Below the pieces are notes generated by a model. The model was not told the DNA's origin. It did not search any database and worked only from the letters and a program-made list of their open reading frames with translations. A DNA stretch of 39,407 bases, taken from NCBI GenBank assembly GCA_038253685.1, contig JBBSGX010000002.1:1-39407 (forward strand), given 5' to 3'. Source of the DNA: Candidatus Limnocylindrales bacterium (lineage in GTDB: Bacteria; Chloroflexota; Limnocylindria; Limnocylindrales; CSP1-4). A program made the translations under genes and the position numbers. This document shows, piece by piece, positions 1 to 8,232 of this stretch. How positions within the stretch are numbered: position 1 is the stretch's first letter; the number at the start of each line of letters is the position of its first letter.

Positions 1-510
1 CAGGCCAGGTCGAATCAGTTCAACCTGGACGGTGCGCTCGGTCGGGTCCGAGCTGGCAGGCACGATCACCCGCGAGGGGAAGGCAGCGACGGCGATTCGC
101 GGCGTCGCGGACAGCCCGGCCACATTCAACAGGCGGTCCGGGGTCCCGTCGGGATCGGTGGAAGCATTCCAGTTGAAGCCGCCCGTCGCGCGAAGGGCAG
201 AGCGCACCTCGCCCGGCGTCGGACGCGTTGCCGTCGTGTGGAAGACGTCCGCGATGTAGCGCGCCGCTGCCCCGGCGACGTGGGGCGCGGCCATGGATGT
301 GCCGCTCAGCTCTCGGACGCCGGCGCCCGTCCCGCTCTTGTTGAGCGACATGATGCAGCTGCCGGGCGCAACCAGGTCCACATCGGTGCCGAAGTTGCTG
401 TAACGCGCGAACGTGTCGTCACGTTCCGGGCCGCGCGGGCCGGGGCACGGCTGGGAGCCGAGGCCGCCCGGCAGCCCGTCCAGGTCGGAGAGGGCGGCGA
501 CGGTGATCAC
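1..510 (-). CDS. S8 (subtilisin-like) serine peptidase, C-terminal segment. Partial (runs off the left edge) and out of frame with the 419..1546 segment (frameshifted gene or possible pseudogene)
   Basis: Not in the ORF track because it has no in-window stop. My minus-strand translation from codon 510-508 downward reads VITVAALSDLDGLPGGLGSQPCPGPRGPERDDTFARYSNFGTDVDLVAPGSCIMSLNKSGTGAGVRELSGTSMAAPHVAGAAARYIADVF... GTSMAAPHV (303-277) is the subtilase catalytic-Ser box. The frame stays open to position 1. Confidence 0.8.
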   Translation of the reverse strand, partial: MITVAALSDLDGLPGGLGSQPCPGPRGPERDDTFARYSNFGTDVDLVAPGSCIMSLNKSGTGAGVRELSGTSMAAPHVAGAAARYIADVFHTTATRPTPGEVRSALRATGGFNWNASTDPDGTPDRLLNVAGLSATPRIAVAAFPSRVIVPASSDPTERTVQVELIRPGL

Positions 511-1546
511 CCTGGTCGTATGCCGCGGGTACCACGTCCTTCGAGTCCATCGACTCGTTCCCGGCCGCCACGACCAGTGTGACGCCCGCGGCGGACGCGT
601 GGCATACCGCGACATGCTCGATATCCGGGTCGTCCACCTGGCCGCAGTCCTCGCGTCCATTCCCCGTCCGCGGGCCCCGCAGGCTCATGTTGACGACGTC
701 GATCGGCCGCGTTCCGGTTGGCGGCGAGCCCGACCGTGTCGACACCACCCAGTCCAGGCCGCAGGCAACCGTCGCCTCCGAGCCCTGGAGCTGGTGGTCG
801 AAGACCCGGACCGACCACAACGTCACGCCCGGTGCCACGCCGACGACCCCCCAGCCGTCGTCAATCGCGCCGATGATCCCCGCCACGTGGCTGCCGTGGC
901 CTCCCGCGTCGGCGTCCTTCCAGTCCCTGGGGTTCGTGGAGCCACGTTGGTCATCCCCGGAGCAGTCGACGCCCCCACCGATGTTCAGCTGGGTCTCCGG
1001 CGGGTTGGTGGTGAGGTGGCGGATCCCGGTGTCGATCTCGGCAACGTTGACTGAGTTGAGTTCCGGAACCGCCGGTCCCCCTGACGATTCCGGCTGCGCG
1101 CGAACACGCTGGACTCCGGTCGGGACGCTCTGGTCGGTCAGTTGCACCGGCATGTCGAGGGAGACCGCACCCACGCGAGGGTCGGCGCGCAGCGCCGCGA
1201 GCTGCTTCGCATCGAGGTCGGCTGCAAACCCCTGGAATGCCCAGCGGTACTGGAACCAGGGCCGGAACCCCAGCCGCCCCGCGAGCCCGGCGACCGTCCG
1301 GTCCACTCGTGCCACGCGTGCCGCTTCACGCTGGGCTGCCACACCAGACGAAAGGCCCGCAGCCTTCAACGACGGCATCGCGAGCCCGCGCAACGAAACG
1401 AGATAGCGCTGGCTCCCGCCCGAGCCACTGATCGCGGCGTCGCCGAAGCCGGATGCCGACGTCGGGGATTGGCTGGCCATGAGCGTGGCCACCAGCGCGA
1501 CGCCGAGGAACGCGAATCGGATGGACCTGATCTGCCCCAGGATCAC
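419..1546 (-). CDS. S8 (subtilisin-like) serine peptidase, N-terminal segment (signal peptide, I9-like propeptide, Asp and His catalytic boxes). The frame breaks near 511.
   Basis: ORF 419..1705. Motifs AEIDTGI (Asp), GHGSHVAGIIGA (His), NMSLRG (oxyanion Asn), VVAAGNES. Signal-peptide-like IRSIRFAFLGVALVATLMASQSPTSASG. Start moved to GTG 1546, which has GGAGG just upstream. After ...VVPAAYDQ the ORF tail is Arg/Pro-rich with no homology, and the family sequence continues in another frame. Confidence 0.8.
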   Translation of the reverse strand: MILGQIRSIRFAFLGVALVATLMASQSPTSASGFGDAAISGSGGSQRYLVSLRGLAMPSLKAAGLSSGVAAQREAARVARVDRTVAGLAGRLGFRPWFQYRWAFQGFAADLDAKQLAALRADPRVGAVSLDMPVQLTDQSVPTGVQRVRAQPESSGGPAVPELNSVNVAEIDTGIRHLTTNPPETQLNIGGGVDCSGDDQRGSTNPRDWKDADAGGHGSHVAGIIGAIDDGWGVVGVAPGVTLWSVRVFDHQLQGSEATVACGLDWVVSTRSGSPPTGTRPIDVVNMSLRGPRTGNGREDCGQVDDPDIEHVAVCHASAAGVTLVVAAGNESMDSKDVVPAAYDQGDHRRRPLRPGRAAGRPRLPAVPRPARPGT

Positions 1547-1617
1547 GAAGCCTCCGAGCGAGAGACGAGAACGCACAGGGTAGACGACGAGGCGCGTACC
1601 CCTGTGACCCGGGCGCC

Positions 1618-1675
1618 GACAGAAAGACGAGGGGTCACCCTCGAGCGTCCGAGCAACGCCCTCGAATGACCCCTC
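1618..1675 (-). terminator. Stem-loop with U-rich tail between the beta-CASP gene and the protease gene (terminator or leader attenuator)
   Basis: On the minus-strand transcript: GAGGGGTCA, a 29-nt partly paired interior (TCGAG/CTCGA), TGACCCCTC, then GUCUUUCUGUC. About 160 nt downstream of the beta-CASP stop and about 75 nt upstream of the protease start. Confidence 0.3.
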
Positions 1676-1833
1676 AGTCCAGACGAATGATCGACGCGGG
1701 GGCAACAGACGGAAAGCGGACCAAGGTCATGGGCCGTCATGCCTCAGGTCAGGTGCTCGGCGTCACCACTTGGCGCGTGGATTGGGCGCCTGCGAGTGAC
1801 GGTCGCGACCGCTGAGCGCGGCGGCTCGGCTCG

Positions 1834-3573
1834 TCAGTCGAGCTCGACTTCCTCGCGCCAGGCCGGTCGATAGGGTTCGAGCCCCAGCGCCTTCACCTCG
1901 GGGACCAGCGCCTCCTCACCGGCCGGGTCGCCGTGGACCAGGAACACCAGGCGCGGCTTGCGGGGAGCGGCCGCCAGGTGTCGCAGCCAGTCGATGAGCT
2001 CGCTGTCGTCGGCGTGCGCGCTGAACCCGCTGATCGATCGCACCTCGCAGCGGACCGTGCGGGCCGCACCATCGAGGACCACGGAGGTCGCGCCGGCCTG
2101 GAGGTGGGCGCCGAGCGTGCCGTCGCCCTGGTAGCCGACGAAGAGCAGCAGCGCGGCCGGATCGTCGATGAGCTCGCGCAGGTGATGCACGACGCGTCCG
2201 CCTGTGAGCATGCCGCTGGCCGAGACGATCATCATCGGCCGCGGAGCCGTCCGGATGGCGCGCGACTGCGCGGGGGCGTTGGTGATCGTCTGGCCGGGGT
2301 AGTCGAGCGGCGTGTCTCCATGTTGGAGGAGGTCGTGGGTCACCTGGTCGTAGTAGCCCGGGTAGCGGCGGTAGATGTCGCTTGCCTGGGCGGCCATCGG
2401 GGAGTCGAGGTAGAGCGGCAGGTGCGGGATCTTGCCGGCTGACAACAGGCGGTCAAGCTCCCAGACGATCTGCTGCGTGCGGCCGATCGCAAACGAGGGG
2501 ATCAGCAGCACGCCGACGTGATCGGAGACGGTCTGGACGGCCTCGGCCAGCAGGCGGATGGCTTCGTCCTCGGGCTCGTGCTCCCGGCCGCCGTAGGTCG
2601 ACTCCATCAGCACGTAGTCGGCGCCGTCGATCATGGCGGTCGGATCGCGAAGGATCGGGGTGTCCGGTCGGCCGATGTCACCCGAGAAGACGATACGGCG
2701 CGACGAGCCATCGAGTTGCGCCACCTCGACTTCGATGATCGCGGAGCCGAGGATGTGCCCCGCATCCCGGAACGTGGCGGTGACCCCAGGTGCAACCGTG
2801 AACGGCTGGTCGTAGTCGATCCCATGGAACAGGGCATTCGCTGCCGCTGCGTCGTCGACGGTGTAGAGCGGCTCGAAGATCTCCGTCTCGAGGTTCGGTG
2901 GCTGCCTGCGAAGGGTCTCCTCCGGGTTGTAGCCGGGGTCCTGGGGGTCATCCGGCGGCCATGGCCTGCCGCGCCCTCGCCGCTCGGTTGCCGGGCCGTC
3001 GGAGGCGATCGGAGGTGGAGCCGCGGCCGAGGCTGCGGCCGCTTCTTCCTCGTCGGTGCCGGCCGCGCCCGGCGCCGGAGCTGCGGGGGCGGCGTTCGCC
3101 GAGCCCGCGCCTGCCCCAGCAGCGTCGCGCGGGGCACGCCTCGCCATTCGTTCGGCGCGCTTGCGCCGGTCCTTGGCGTGCTCCTCCTGGACCTTGCCGC
3201 TGTCGAGGAGGACCAGGCTTGCGAGCTCGACGGTCGCGCGGGTCGCGTGGATCGGTCCGCGGTAGCCCTCGCGCGCCACGATCGGCAGCATGCCGCAGTG
3301 ATCCAGGTGGGCGTGGGTAAGCAGGATGGCGTCGATCGTGGAGGTGTCGTAGGCCAGCGGCACCCGGTTGCGGGCGGCCTCGCTGGGCGAACCCTGGAAC
3401 ATGCCGCAATCCACCAGGATCTTCGCGCGGTCGGTGGTCAGCAGGAATTGCGAACCGGTCACGGTCGTGGCCGCGCCGAGGAACTGGAGCTTCACCGGCT
3501 GGTCACGCGGCGTTCGGGCCCGCGAAACGCCGGGGGACCGCTGGGCCGAGTCGAGGGAGGCGCATCGGTGCAT
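1834..3573 (-). CDS. MBL-fold metallo-hydrolase of the beta-CASP / RNA-specificity-domain type (RNase J/CPSF-like nuclease)
   Basis: ORF 1834..4023, trimmed because residues upstream of 3573 are antisense to fabI. VKLQFLGAATTVTGSQFLL, DCGMFQG, LLTHAHLDHCG (HxHxDH), then SGFSAHAD and FLVHGD near the C-terminus. The start is either ATG 3573 or GTG 3495; I cannot decide between them. Confidence 0.85.
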   Translation of the reverse strand: MHRCASLDSAQRSPGVSRARTPRDQPVKLQFLGAATTVTGSQFLLTTDRAKILVDCGMFQGSPSEAARNRVPLAYDTSTIDAILLTHAHLDHCGMLPIVAREGYRGPIHATRATVELASLVLLDSGKVQEEHAKDRRKRAERMARRAPRDAAGAGAGSANAAPAAPAPGAAGTDEEEAAAASAAAPPPIASDGPATERRGRGRPWPPDDPQDPGYNPEETLRRQPPNLETEIFEPLYTVDDAAAANALFHGIDYDQPFTVAPGVTATFRDAGHILGSAIIEVEVAQLDGSSRRIVFSGDIGRPDTPILRDPTAMIDGADYVLMESTYGGREHEPEDEAIRLLAEAVQTVSDHVGVLLIPSFAIGRTQQIVWELDRLLSAGKIPHLPLYLDSPMAAQASDIYRRYPGYYDQVTHDLLQHGDTPLDYPGQTITNAPAQSRAIRTAPRPMMIVSASGMLTGGRVVHHLRELIDDPAALLLFVGYQGDGTLGAHLQAGATSVVLDGAARTVRCEVRSISGFSAHADDSELIDWLRHLAAAPRKPRLVFLVHGDPAGEEALVPEVKALGLEPYRPAWREEVELD

Positions 3574-3598
3574 GCTATCGCTCCAGGGAGGTGCGCGT

Positions 3599-4381
3599 AT
3601 GGGGCTGCTCGACGGGCGCAGGGCGCTGATCTTCGGCGTCGCGAATGACCACTCGATCGCGTGGGGAATCGCGCAGGCGCTGCACGCTGAGGGCGCAACG
3701 CTGGGGTTCAGCTCGGTCGAGCAGCTGCTCGAGAAGCGGGTGCGACCCCTTGCCACGTCGATCGGCTCCGACTTCATCGAGCCCTGCGACGTCCAGGATG
3801 ACGCCCAGATCGCGGAGGTGATGCGCAAGTGGGGGGAGCGCCACGGCGATCTCGACATCCTCGTGCACGCCCTCGCCTTCGCCAGGCGCGAGGACCTCGA
3901 TGGCGCGTTTGTCGACACGTCCCGCGAGGGGTTCGCGCTCGCGCTCGACATCTCCGCGTACTCGCTGGTCGGCGTGACGCGCGCCGCGCTGCCGTTCATG
4001 AGGCGCGGCTCGAGCGTCATCACGCTGACCTATTACGGTGCGGAGAAGGTGGTCGCGCACTACAACGTAATGGGTGTTGCGAAGGCCGCGCTGGAGGCCT
4101 CGGTGCGCTATCTCGCCGCGGACCTCGGGCCGCAGGGCATCCGGGTGAACGCGATCAGCGCAGGGCCGGTGCGCACGCTGGCTGCGTCAGGCGTGAAGGG
4201 CTTCAAGACGCTCCATGGCCAGTTCCGCGAGATCACCCCGCTGCGCAGCAGCATCACGATCGAGGATGTCGGGGCCTCGGCGCTCTTCCTGGCGAGCGAC
4301 CTGTCCCGCGCGATCACCGGCGAGATCCTCTACGTCGACGGCGGCTTCAACGTCCTGGGAGTGCCGCTGGCTGAGCCGTAG
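3599..4381 (+). CDS. fabI: Enoyl-[acyl-carrier-protein] reductase (NADH), FabI
   Basis: GGGAGG lies 7 nt upstream of ATG 3599. MGLLDGRRALIFGVANDHSIAWGIA (Rossmann N-terminus), YNVMGVAKAALE (Tyr/Lys active site), ISAGPVRTLA. The longer ORF 3368..4381 is antisense to the beta-CASP gene. Confidence 0.93.
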   Translation: MGLLDGRRALIFGVANDHSIAWGIAQALHAEGATLGFSSVEQLLEKRVRPLATSIGSDFIEPCDVQDDAQIAEVMRKWGERHGDLDILVHALAFARREDLDGAFVDTSREGFALALDISAYSLVGVTRAALPFMRRGSSVITLTYYGAEKVVAHYNVMGVAKAALEASVRYLAADLGPQGIRVNAISAGPVRTLAASGVKGFKTLHGQFREITPLRSSITIEDVGASALFLASDLSRAITGEILYVDGGFNVLGVPLAEP

Positions 4382-4526
4382 ACCCGCGGAGCGTCTGCCG
4401 GACAGGAAAAGACCCGGCAGCTGGAGACGGGGAGGAGGGACCAGACCCCGGCTGCCGAGTCTTGAGGAGAGGCGTTGATCGTGGGTGACGCCGATCCGCG
4501 GGTCCGAGGAAGAGGGCTCGGGTCCT
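4381..4526. other. GC-rich multi-stem structured element in the convergent fabI/exonuclease gap (compound terminator or candidate small RNA)
   Basis: Long-range 9-bp inverted repeat GACCCGCGG (4381-4389) / CCGCGGGTC (4496-4504). Hairpins 4395-4401/4414-4420, 4415-4421+4428-4432 / 4446-4450+4451-4457, 4471-4475/4488-4492 and 4501-4508/4517-4525. Several of these stems share nucleotides and so cannot form together. Confidence 0.35.
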
Positions 4527-4680
4527 GTGGGTCCATCATTGGCGTTCCCGTTCGAACATTGCCGCTGTTGTTCTCTGCGGCGCAAGGTAGCCTGCGGCCG
4601 AACGGGCTCACATGACCCATTCGTACCGCACTCCACCGTACTATTCGCGTCCCGCCGCTGCGCGGTCGTCCAAGGGCGTT

Positions 4681-5253
4681 TCAGCCTTTGGCTTGAGCCT
4701 CGGAGCCGGCCGATCGTACCAGCAGCTCGGTTGCCAGATCGGCCTGCATTCGGGCGTCGTCGAGCGCGTGGTGCGTATGGATGCGAGACACCGGATGGAC
4801 CGCCAGCACGTGCCGTTTCGTTGTCCGTGCCCAGTCCAGCACCCCGTGCCGGCCCATGTACAACGACTTCAGGTCGATCGCGGACACCCCGAATGGATTG
4901 CGACCCAGGAATCGGTGGAAGTAGTCGGCCACGAACATCCAGTCGAACGGCGCGTTGAAGCCGACGAAGACGGGAACCGAGCCCTCGGGCGCGACATCGC
5001 GGAGCCACCCGGCAAATGCCGTCATCGCGGCCACGGGATCCAGGCCTTCGACGGAAAGGTGGTCCCGGCTCAGCTCATGCACGGCTTCCGCCCCGGCCTC
5101 CCATGGCAATCCCTCGATCGGGCGCAGCTCCCGGTAGAACCCGGTCTCCGGGTCATCGACAAGGCAGGCCCCGATCGCTATCAGGCTGCCGGTGCCCGGT
5201 GACGGACCCGATGCCTCGACATCAACGCTGACCAGGACTTCCCGCTTTGCCAC
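4681..5253 (-). CDS. 3'-5' exonuclease, DEDDh (DnaQ-like) family
   Basis: VSVDVEASGP (Exo I), FVGFNAPFDWMF (Exo II), THHALDDAR (Exo III with His). ORF 4681..5625 trimmed to GTG 5253 because the upstream part is Arg/Pro-rich and overlaps the divergent LLM gene. Confidence 0.8.
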   Translation of the reverse strand: MAKREVLVSVDVEASGPSPGTGSLIAIGACLVDDPETGFYRELRPIEGLPWEAGAEAVHELSRDHLSVEGLDPVAAMTAFAGWLRDVAPEGSVPVFVGFNAPFDWMFVADYFHRFLGRNPFGVSAIDLKSLYMGRHGVLDWARTTKRHVLAVHPVSRIHTHHALDDARMQADLATELLVRSAGSEAQAKG

Positions 5254-5293
5254 GCGCCCATCGTGCCTGACTCGAACCCGCGGCGTGCGGAGG

Positions 5294-5299
5294 TAGACT
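5294..5299 (+). promoter_or_regulatory. Putative -10 box TAGACT, 7 nt upstream of ATG 5307 (leaderless start)
   Basis: TAGACT-gccgccc-ATG with no Shine-Dalgarno. The same TAGACT-N7-ATG arrangement occurs at 37534. Confidence 0.4.
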
Positions 5300-5306
5300 G
5301 CCGCCC

Positions 5307-6257
5307 ATGTCTGCCTCGGCCGCGACGGGCGCCGCCAGGTCAGCTGGCTCCGGTCGTCCGTTGAAAGTCGGCGTCCAGCTGCCGGAGGTCGAACGCGTGG
5401 TGCGCTGGCCCGAGATCGCCGACATGGCCCGCGCGGCTGAGGACATCGGGCTCGACTCGCTCTGGGTCGGCGACCACCTGCTCTACCGCGACGATAGGCA
5501 CGTGGGCGCCGTCGGGCCGTGGGAGGCCTGGACGTCGCTTGCCGGCCTGGCGGCGGTGACGACACGGATCGAGCTCGGACCCCTGGTCGCGGCGACCGGT
5601 TTCCACAACCCGGCCATGCTCGCAAAGCAGGCCTCCACGATCGACGAGATCAGCGGCGGCCGCCTGACCGTCGGGCTCGGCGCAGGCTGGAACGCGGTGG
5701 AGTTCAAGGCCTTCGGCTTTCCCTTCGACTCACGCATCTCGCGTTTCGAGGAGGCCTTCACGATCATCCGCACCCTGCTCAGCGAAGGCTCGATCGACTT
5801 CGAAGGGCGCTTCTACCAGGTGCGCGACTGCGAGCTCCAGCCTCGCAGCGGGCGCCCCGGTGGCCCGCCGCTGCTGATCGGCTCGAACGGCGCGCGGATG
5901 CTGCGAATCGCCACCCCCTACGTCAGCGCGTGGAATACCTGGTTCAGCTCGTACGGCAATGACCCCGCGGCGCTTGCGCCGCTGCAGGCCAGCGTCCACC
6001 AGGCTTGCCGCGACGTCGGACGAGACCCCGCCACGCTCGAGCGCACGGCTGCGGTCCTGGTGCGCTTCCCCGGCGGGGCGGGCCGTCCCGGGGCCACGGA
6101 CCCTGCCGTCGAGGGGACGCCCGAGCAGATGGCCGACGCCCTGCGCGCCTTTGGCGACGCCGGTATCGCCCATGTCCAGCTCGTACTCGATCCGATCACG
6201 ATCGACTCGATCAGGGCGCTCGGCCGTGTACTGGAGAACCTCGACAGACCCGCGTGA
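5307..6257 (+). CDS. LLM-class (luciferase-like) flavin/F420-dependent oxidoreductase
   Basis: LKVGVQLPEVERVVRWPEIADMARAAEDIGLDSLWVGDHLLYR, ISGGRLTVGLGAGW: typical bacterial-luciferase-family TIM-barrel signature. Confidence 0.85.
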   Translation: MSASAATGAARSAGSGRPLKVGVQLPEVERVVRWPEIADMARAAEDIGLDSLWVGDHLLYRDDRHVGAVGPWEAWTSLAGLAAVTTRIELGPLVAATGFHNPAMLAKQASTIDEISGGRLTVGLGAGWNAVEFKAFGFPFDSRISRFEEAFTIIRTLLSEGSIDFEGRFYQVRDCELQPRSGRPGGPPLLIGSNGARMLRIATPYVSAWNTWFSSYGNDPAALAPLQASVHQACRDVGRDPATLERTAAVLVRFPGGAGRPGATDPAVEGTPEQMADALRAFGDAGIAHVQLVLDPITIDSIRALGRVLENLDRPA

Positions 6258-6375
6258 ATGGCCCCCTCGAGGGCCGCGACCGGCAGGCAACAGCCCGGGT
6301 CTGGCGGGTCAGTGCCGCACTCCAAGGGCTCCGTGAGACGCCGCTACTTGACAGGCTGGCGCGACACCGGCTGAG

Positions 6376-8217
6376 GTGGACGCGCAGGACTACGATGCCC
6401 TGCGCATGCACGACACCGTCATCGCGCCCGCTGGGCAGGGACTCCCGACGTCAACCGCCCGACCCTCCACTCCCAGAAGCGATGCCGCTGGGCTGATCGA
6501 GCTCATCCGCGCCTCCGTCATCGGGGACGACGAGGCCGTCGCCGGACCGTTCGGCCTGAGACGCGTGACCTACGCGGACTACACCGCCTCGGGGCGCAGC
6601 CTGACCTTCATCGAGGACTACCTGCGTGACGCCGTGCTGCCGCTCTATGGCAACACCCACACGGAATCGAGCGGCACCGGGCTCCAGACGACGCGCTTCC
6701 GCGAGGACGCCCGGCGGATCATCCGCGAGGCCGTCGGCGGCACGGATGAGCACGCCGTGATCTTCTGCGGCTCGGGCACGACGGGCGCCGTGGACAAGCT
6801 GGTGGCGGTGCTCAACCTGCGCCTGCCGGCCGACCTCGACGCCCGCTACCACCTGGCTGAGCTCATCCCGGCGGAGGAGCGGCCGGTGGTCTTCATCGGC
6901 CCCTTCGAGCACCACTCCAACGAGCTTCCGTGGCGCGAATCGATCGCGGACCTCGTGACCATCCACGAGGACATGGATGGACACGTCGACCTCGAGCAGC
7001 TGGAGACCGAGCTCCTCCGATATGCCGATCGGCCGCTGCGCATTGGCAGTTTCTCGGCCGCGTCCAACGTCACGGGGATCCTCTCCGACACCCGCGCCAT
7101 CTCGGTGGTCCTCCACCGCCACGGCGCGCTGTCGTTCTGGGACTTCGCGGCCGCCGCGCCGTACGTCAAGGTCGAGATGAGCCCGCACCGTCCGGGACCG
7201 GAAGCCGAGCTCGACTACAAGGACGCGATCTTCGTGTCGCCGCACAAGTTCATCGGCGGGCCGGGCACGCCCGGATTGCTGGTCGCGCGCCGGGAGTTGT
7301 TCCAGAACCGCGTGCCGGCAGTCGTCGGCGGCGGCACGATCGAGTACGTCAACGACGAGGCCCACGCCTACCTCGCCGACCCGGAATTCCGCGAAGAGGG
7401 CGGCACGCCCGCCATCGTCGAGTCGATCCGGGCCGGCCTGGTCTTCCAGCTGAAGCAGACGATCGGCGTGGAAGCCATCAGGCAGCGCGAAGAGGGCTTC
7501 ATCTCACGTGCCATCGAGCGCTGGGAGCGCAATCCAAACATCGAGATCCTTGGCAACAAGCGCGCGAAACGGCTATCCATCGTGAGCTTCGTGGTCCGCT
7601 ACGAGGGGCGTTACCTGCACCACAACTTCGTGGTGTCGTTGCTCAACGATCTGTTCGGGATCCAGTCCCGGGGCGGCTGCGCCTGTGCCGGCCCCTACGG
7701 CCACCACCTGCTCGGCATCAACCTGGAGACCTCGCGCGAGCTCATGCGCGAGGCCGGGCGCGGCTCCATGGGTATCAAGCCCGGCTGGGTGCGGGTCAAC
7801 TTCAATTACTTCATCAGCGAGGCGGTGTTCGAGTTCATCCTCGATGCCGTCGACATGGTCGCAAGCGATGGCTGGAAGCTACTGCCGCAGTACCGCTTCG
7901 AGCCGGCCACTGGTTTCTGGCGCCACGCTGCCGGTCTCGCCGAGCCGCCGCTCAGCCTGGATGACGTGAGCTACAACGATGGGCAGATGGCCTACACGGT
8001 GCATCACCACCGTGTGCCCGAAGCCCGGCTCGGCGACTACCTGGTCGAAGCCCGCCGCATCCTGGACTCGCCGGCACCGGCGCAGTGGACGCCGACCGAC
8101 CCGGTCGTCGGCGCCGACTTCGAACACCTGCGCTGGTTCCCGCTGCCGACCGAGATCGGGACCGAAGCGAACGAAAACGGGGCCGGAGCGATTGCTCCGG
8201 CCCCGCCGTCGGATTGA
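6376..8217 (+). CDS. Aminotransferase class V-fold PLP-dependent enzyme (large, cysteine-desulfurase-like) with a C-terminal extension
   Basis: FSAASNVTGILSD and VSPHKFIGGPGTPGLL (PLP-Lys in SPHK). GTG 6376 is the longest start. ATG 6406 is an in-frame alternative sitting 9 nt after a TACGAT box. Confidence 0.8.
   Translation: MDAQDYDALRMHDTVIAPAGQGLPTSTARPSTPRSDAAGLIELIRASVIGDDEAVAGPFGLRRVTYADYTASGRSLTFIEDYLRDAVLPLYGNTHTESSGTGLQTTRFREDARRIIREAVGGTDEHAVIFCGSGTTGAVDKLVAVLNLRLPADLDARYHLAELIPAEERPVVFIGPFEHHSNELPWRESIADLVTIHEDMDGHVDLEQLETELLRYADRPLRIGSFSAASNVTGILSDTRAISVVLHRHGALSFWDFAAAAPYVKVEMSPHRPGPEAELDYKDAIFVSPHKFIGGPGTPGLLVARRELFQNRVPAVVGGGTIEYVNDEAHAYLADPEFREEGGTPAIVESIRAGLVFQLKQTIGVEAIRQREEGFISRAIERWERNPNIEILGNKRAKRLSIVSFVVRYEGRYLHHNFVVSLLNDLFGIQSRGGCACAGPYGHHLLGINLETSRELMREAGRGSMGIKPGWVRVNFNYFISEAVFEFILDAVDMVASDGWKLLPQYRFEPATGFWRHAAGLAEPPLSLDDVSYNDGQMAYTVHHHRVPEARLGDYLVEARRILDSPAPAQWTPTDPVVGADFEHLRWFPLPTEIGTEANENGAGAIAPAPPSD
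6391..6396 (+). promoter_or_regulatory. Putative -10 box TACGAT, 9 nt upstream of in-frame ATG 6406
   Basis: TACGAT-gccctgcgc-ATG. It would make the aminotransferase leaderless and 10 codons shorter. Confidence 0.3.
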
Positions 8218-8232
8218 AGAGGGGTTTCCCGG

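Noticed and set aside
1543-1740. 65-codon minus-strand ORF ending in a GTGA overlap with the protease start (possible coupled uORF).
   Set aside because: Third-position GC is only about 66 percent (hand count), against about 85 percent in genes here, and it has no motif or RBS. The region is better explained as a structured leader or terminator.
3574-4023. N-terminal 150 residues of ORF 1834..4023.
   Set aside because: This part is antisense to fabI, which has a strong SD and full-length homology. The MBL homology only begins around VKLQFLG (3495), so the ORF was trimmed.
4481-4615. Small plus-strand ORF starting at GTG 4481, preceded by the strong SD-like GAGGAGAGG (VGDADPRVRGRGLGSCGSIIGVPVRTLPLLF...), and the listed ORF 4485..4958.
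   Set aside because: Third-position GC is about 66 percent and the sequence is low-complexity. The 4485 ORF is antisense to the exonuclease. The purine-rich motif is treated as part of the structured RNA element instead.
6348-6353. Perfect TTGACA hexamers at 6348-6353 and 26068-26073 as -35 boxes.
   Set aside because: No acceptable -10 hexamer lies 16-19 nt downstream of either one. They are probably chance occurrences.
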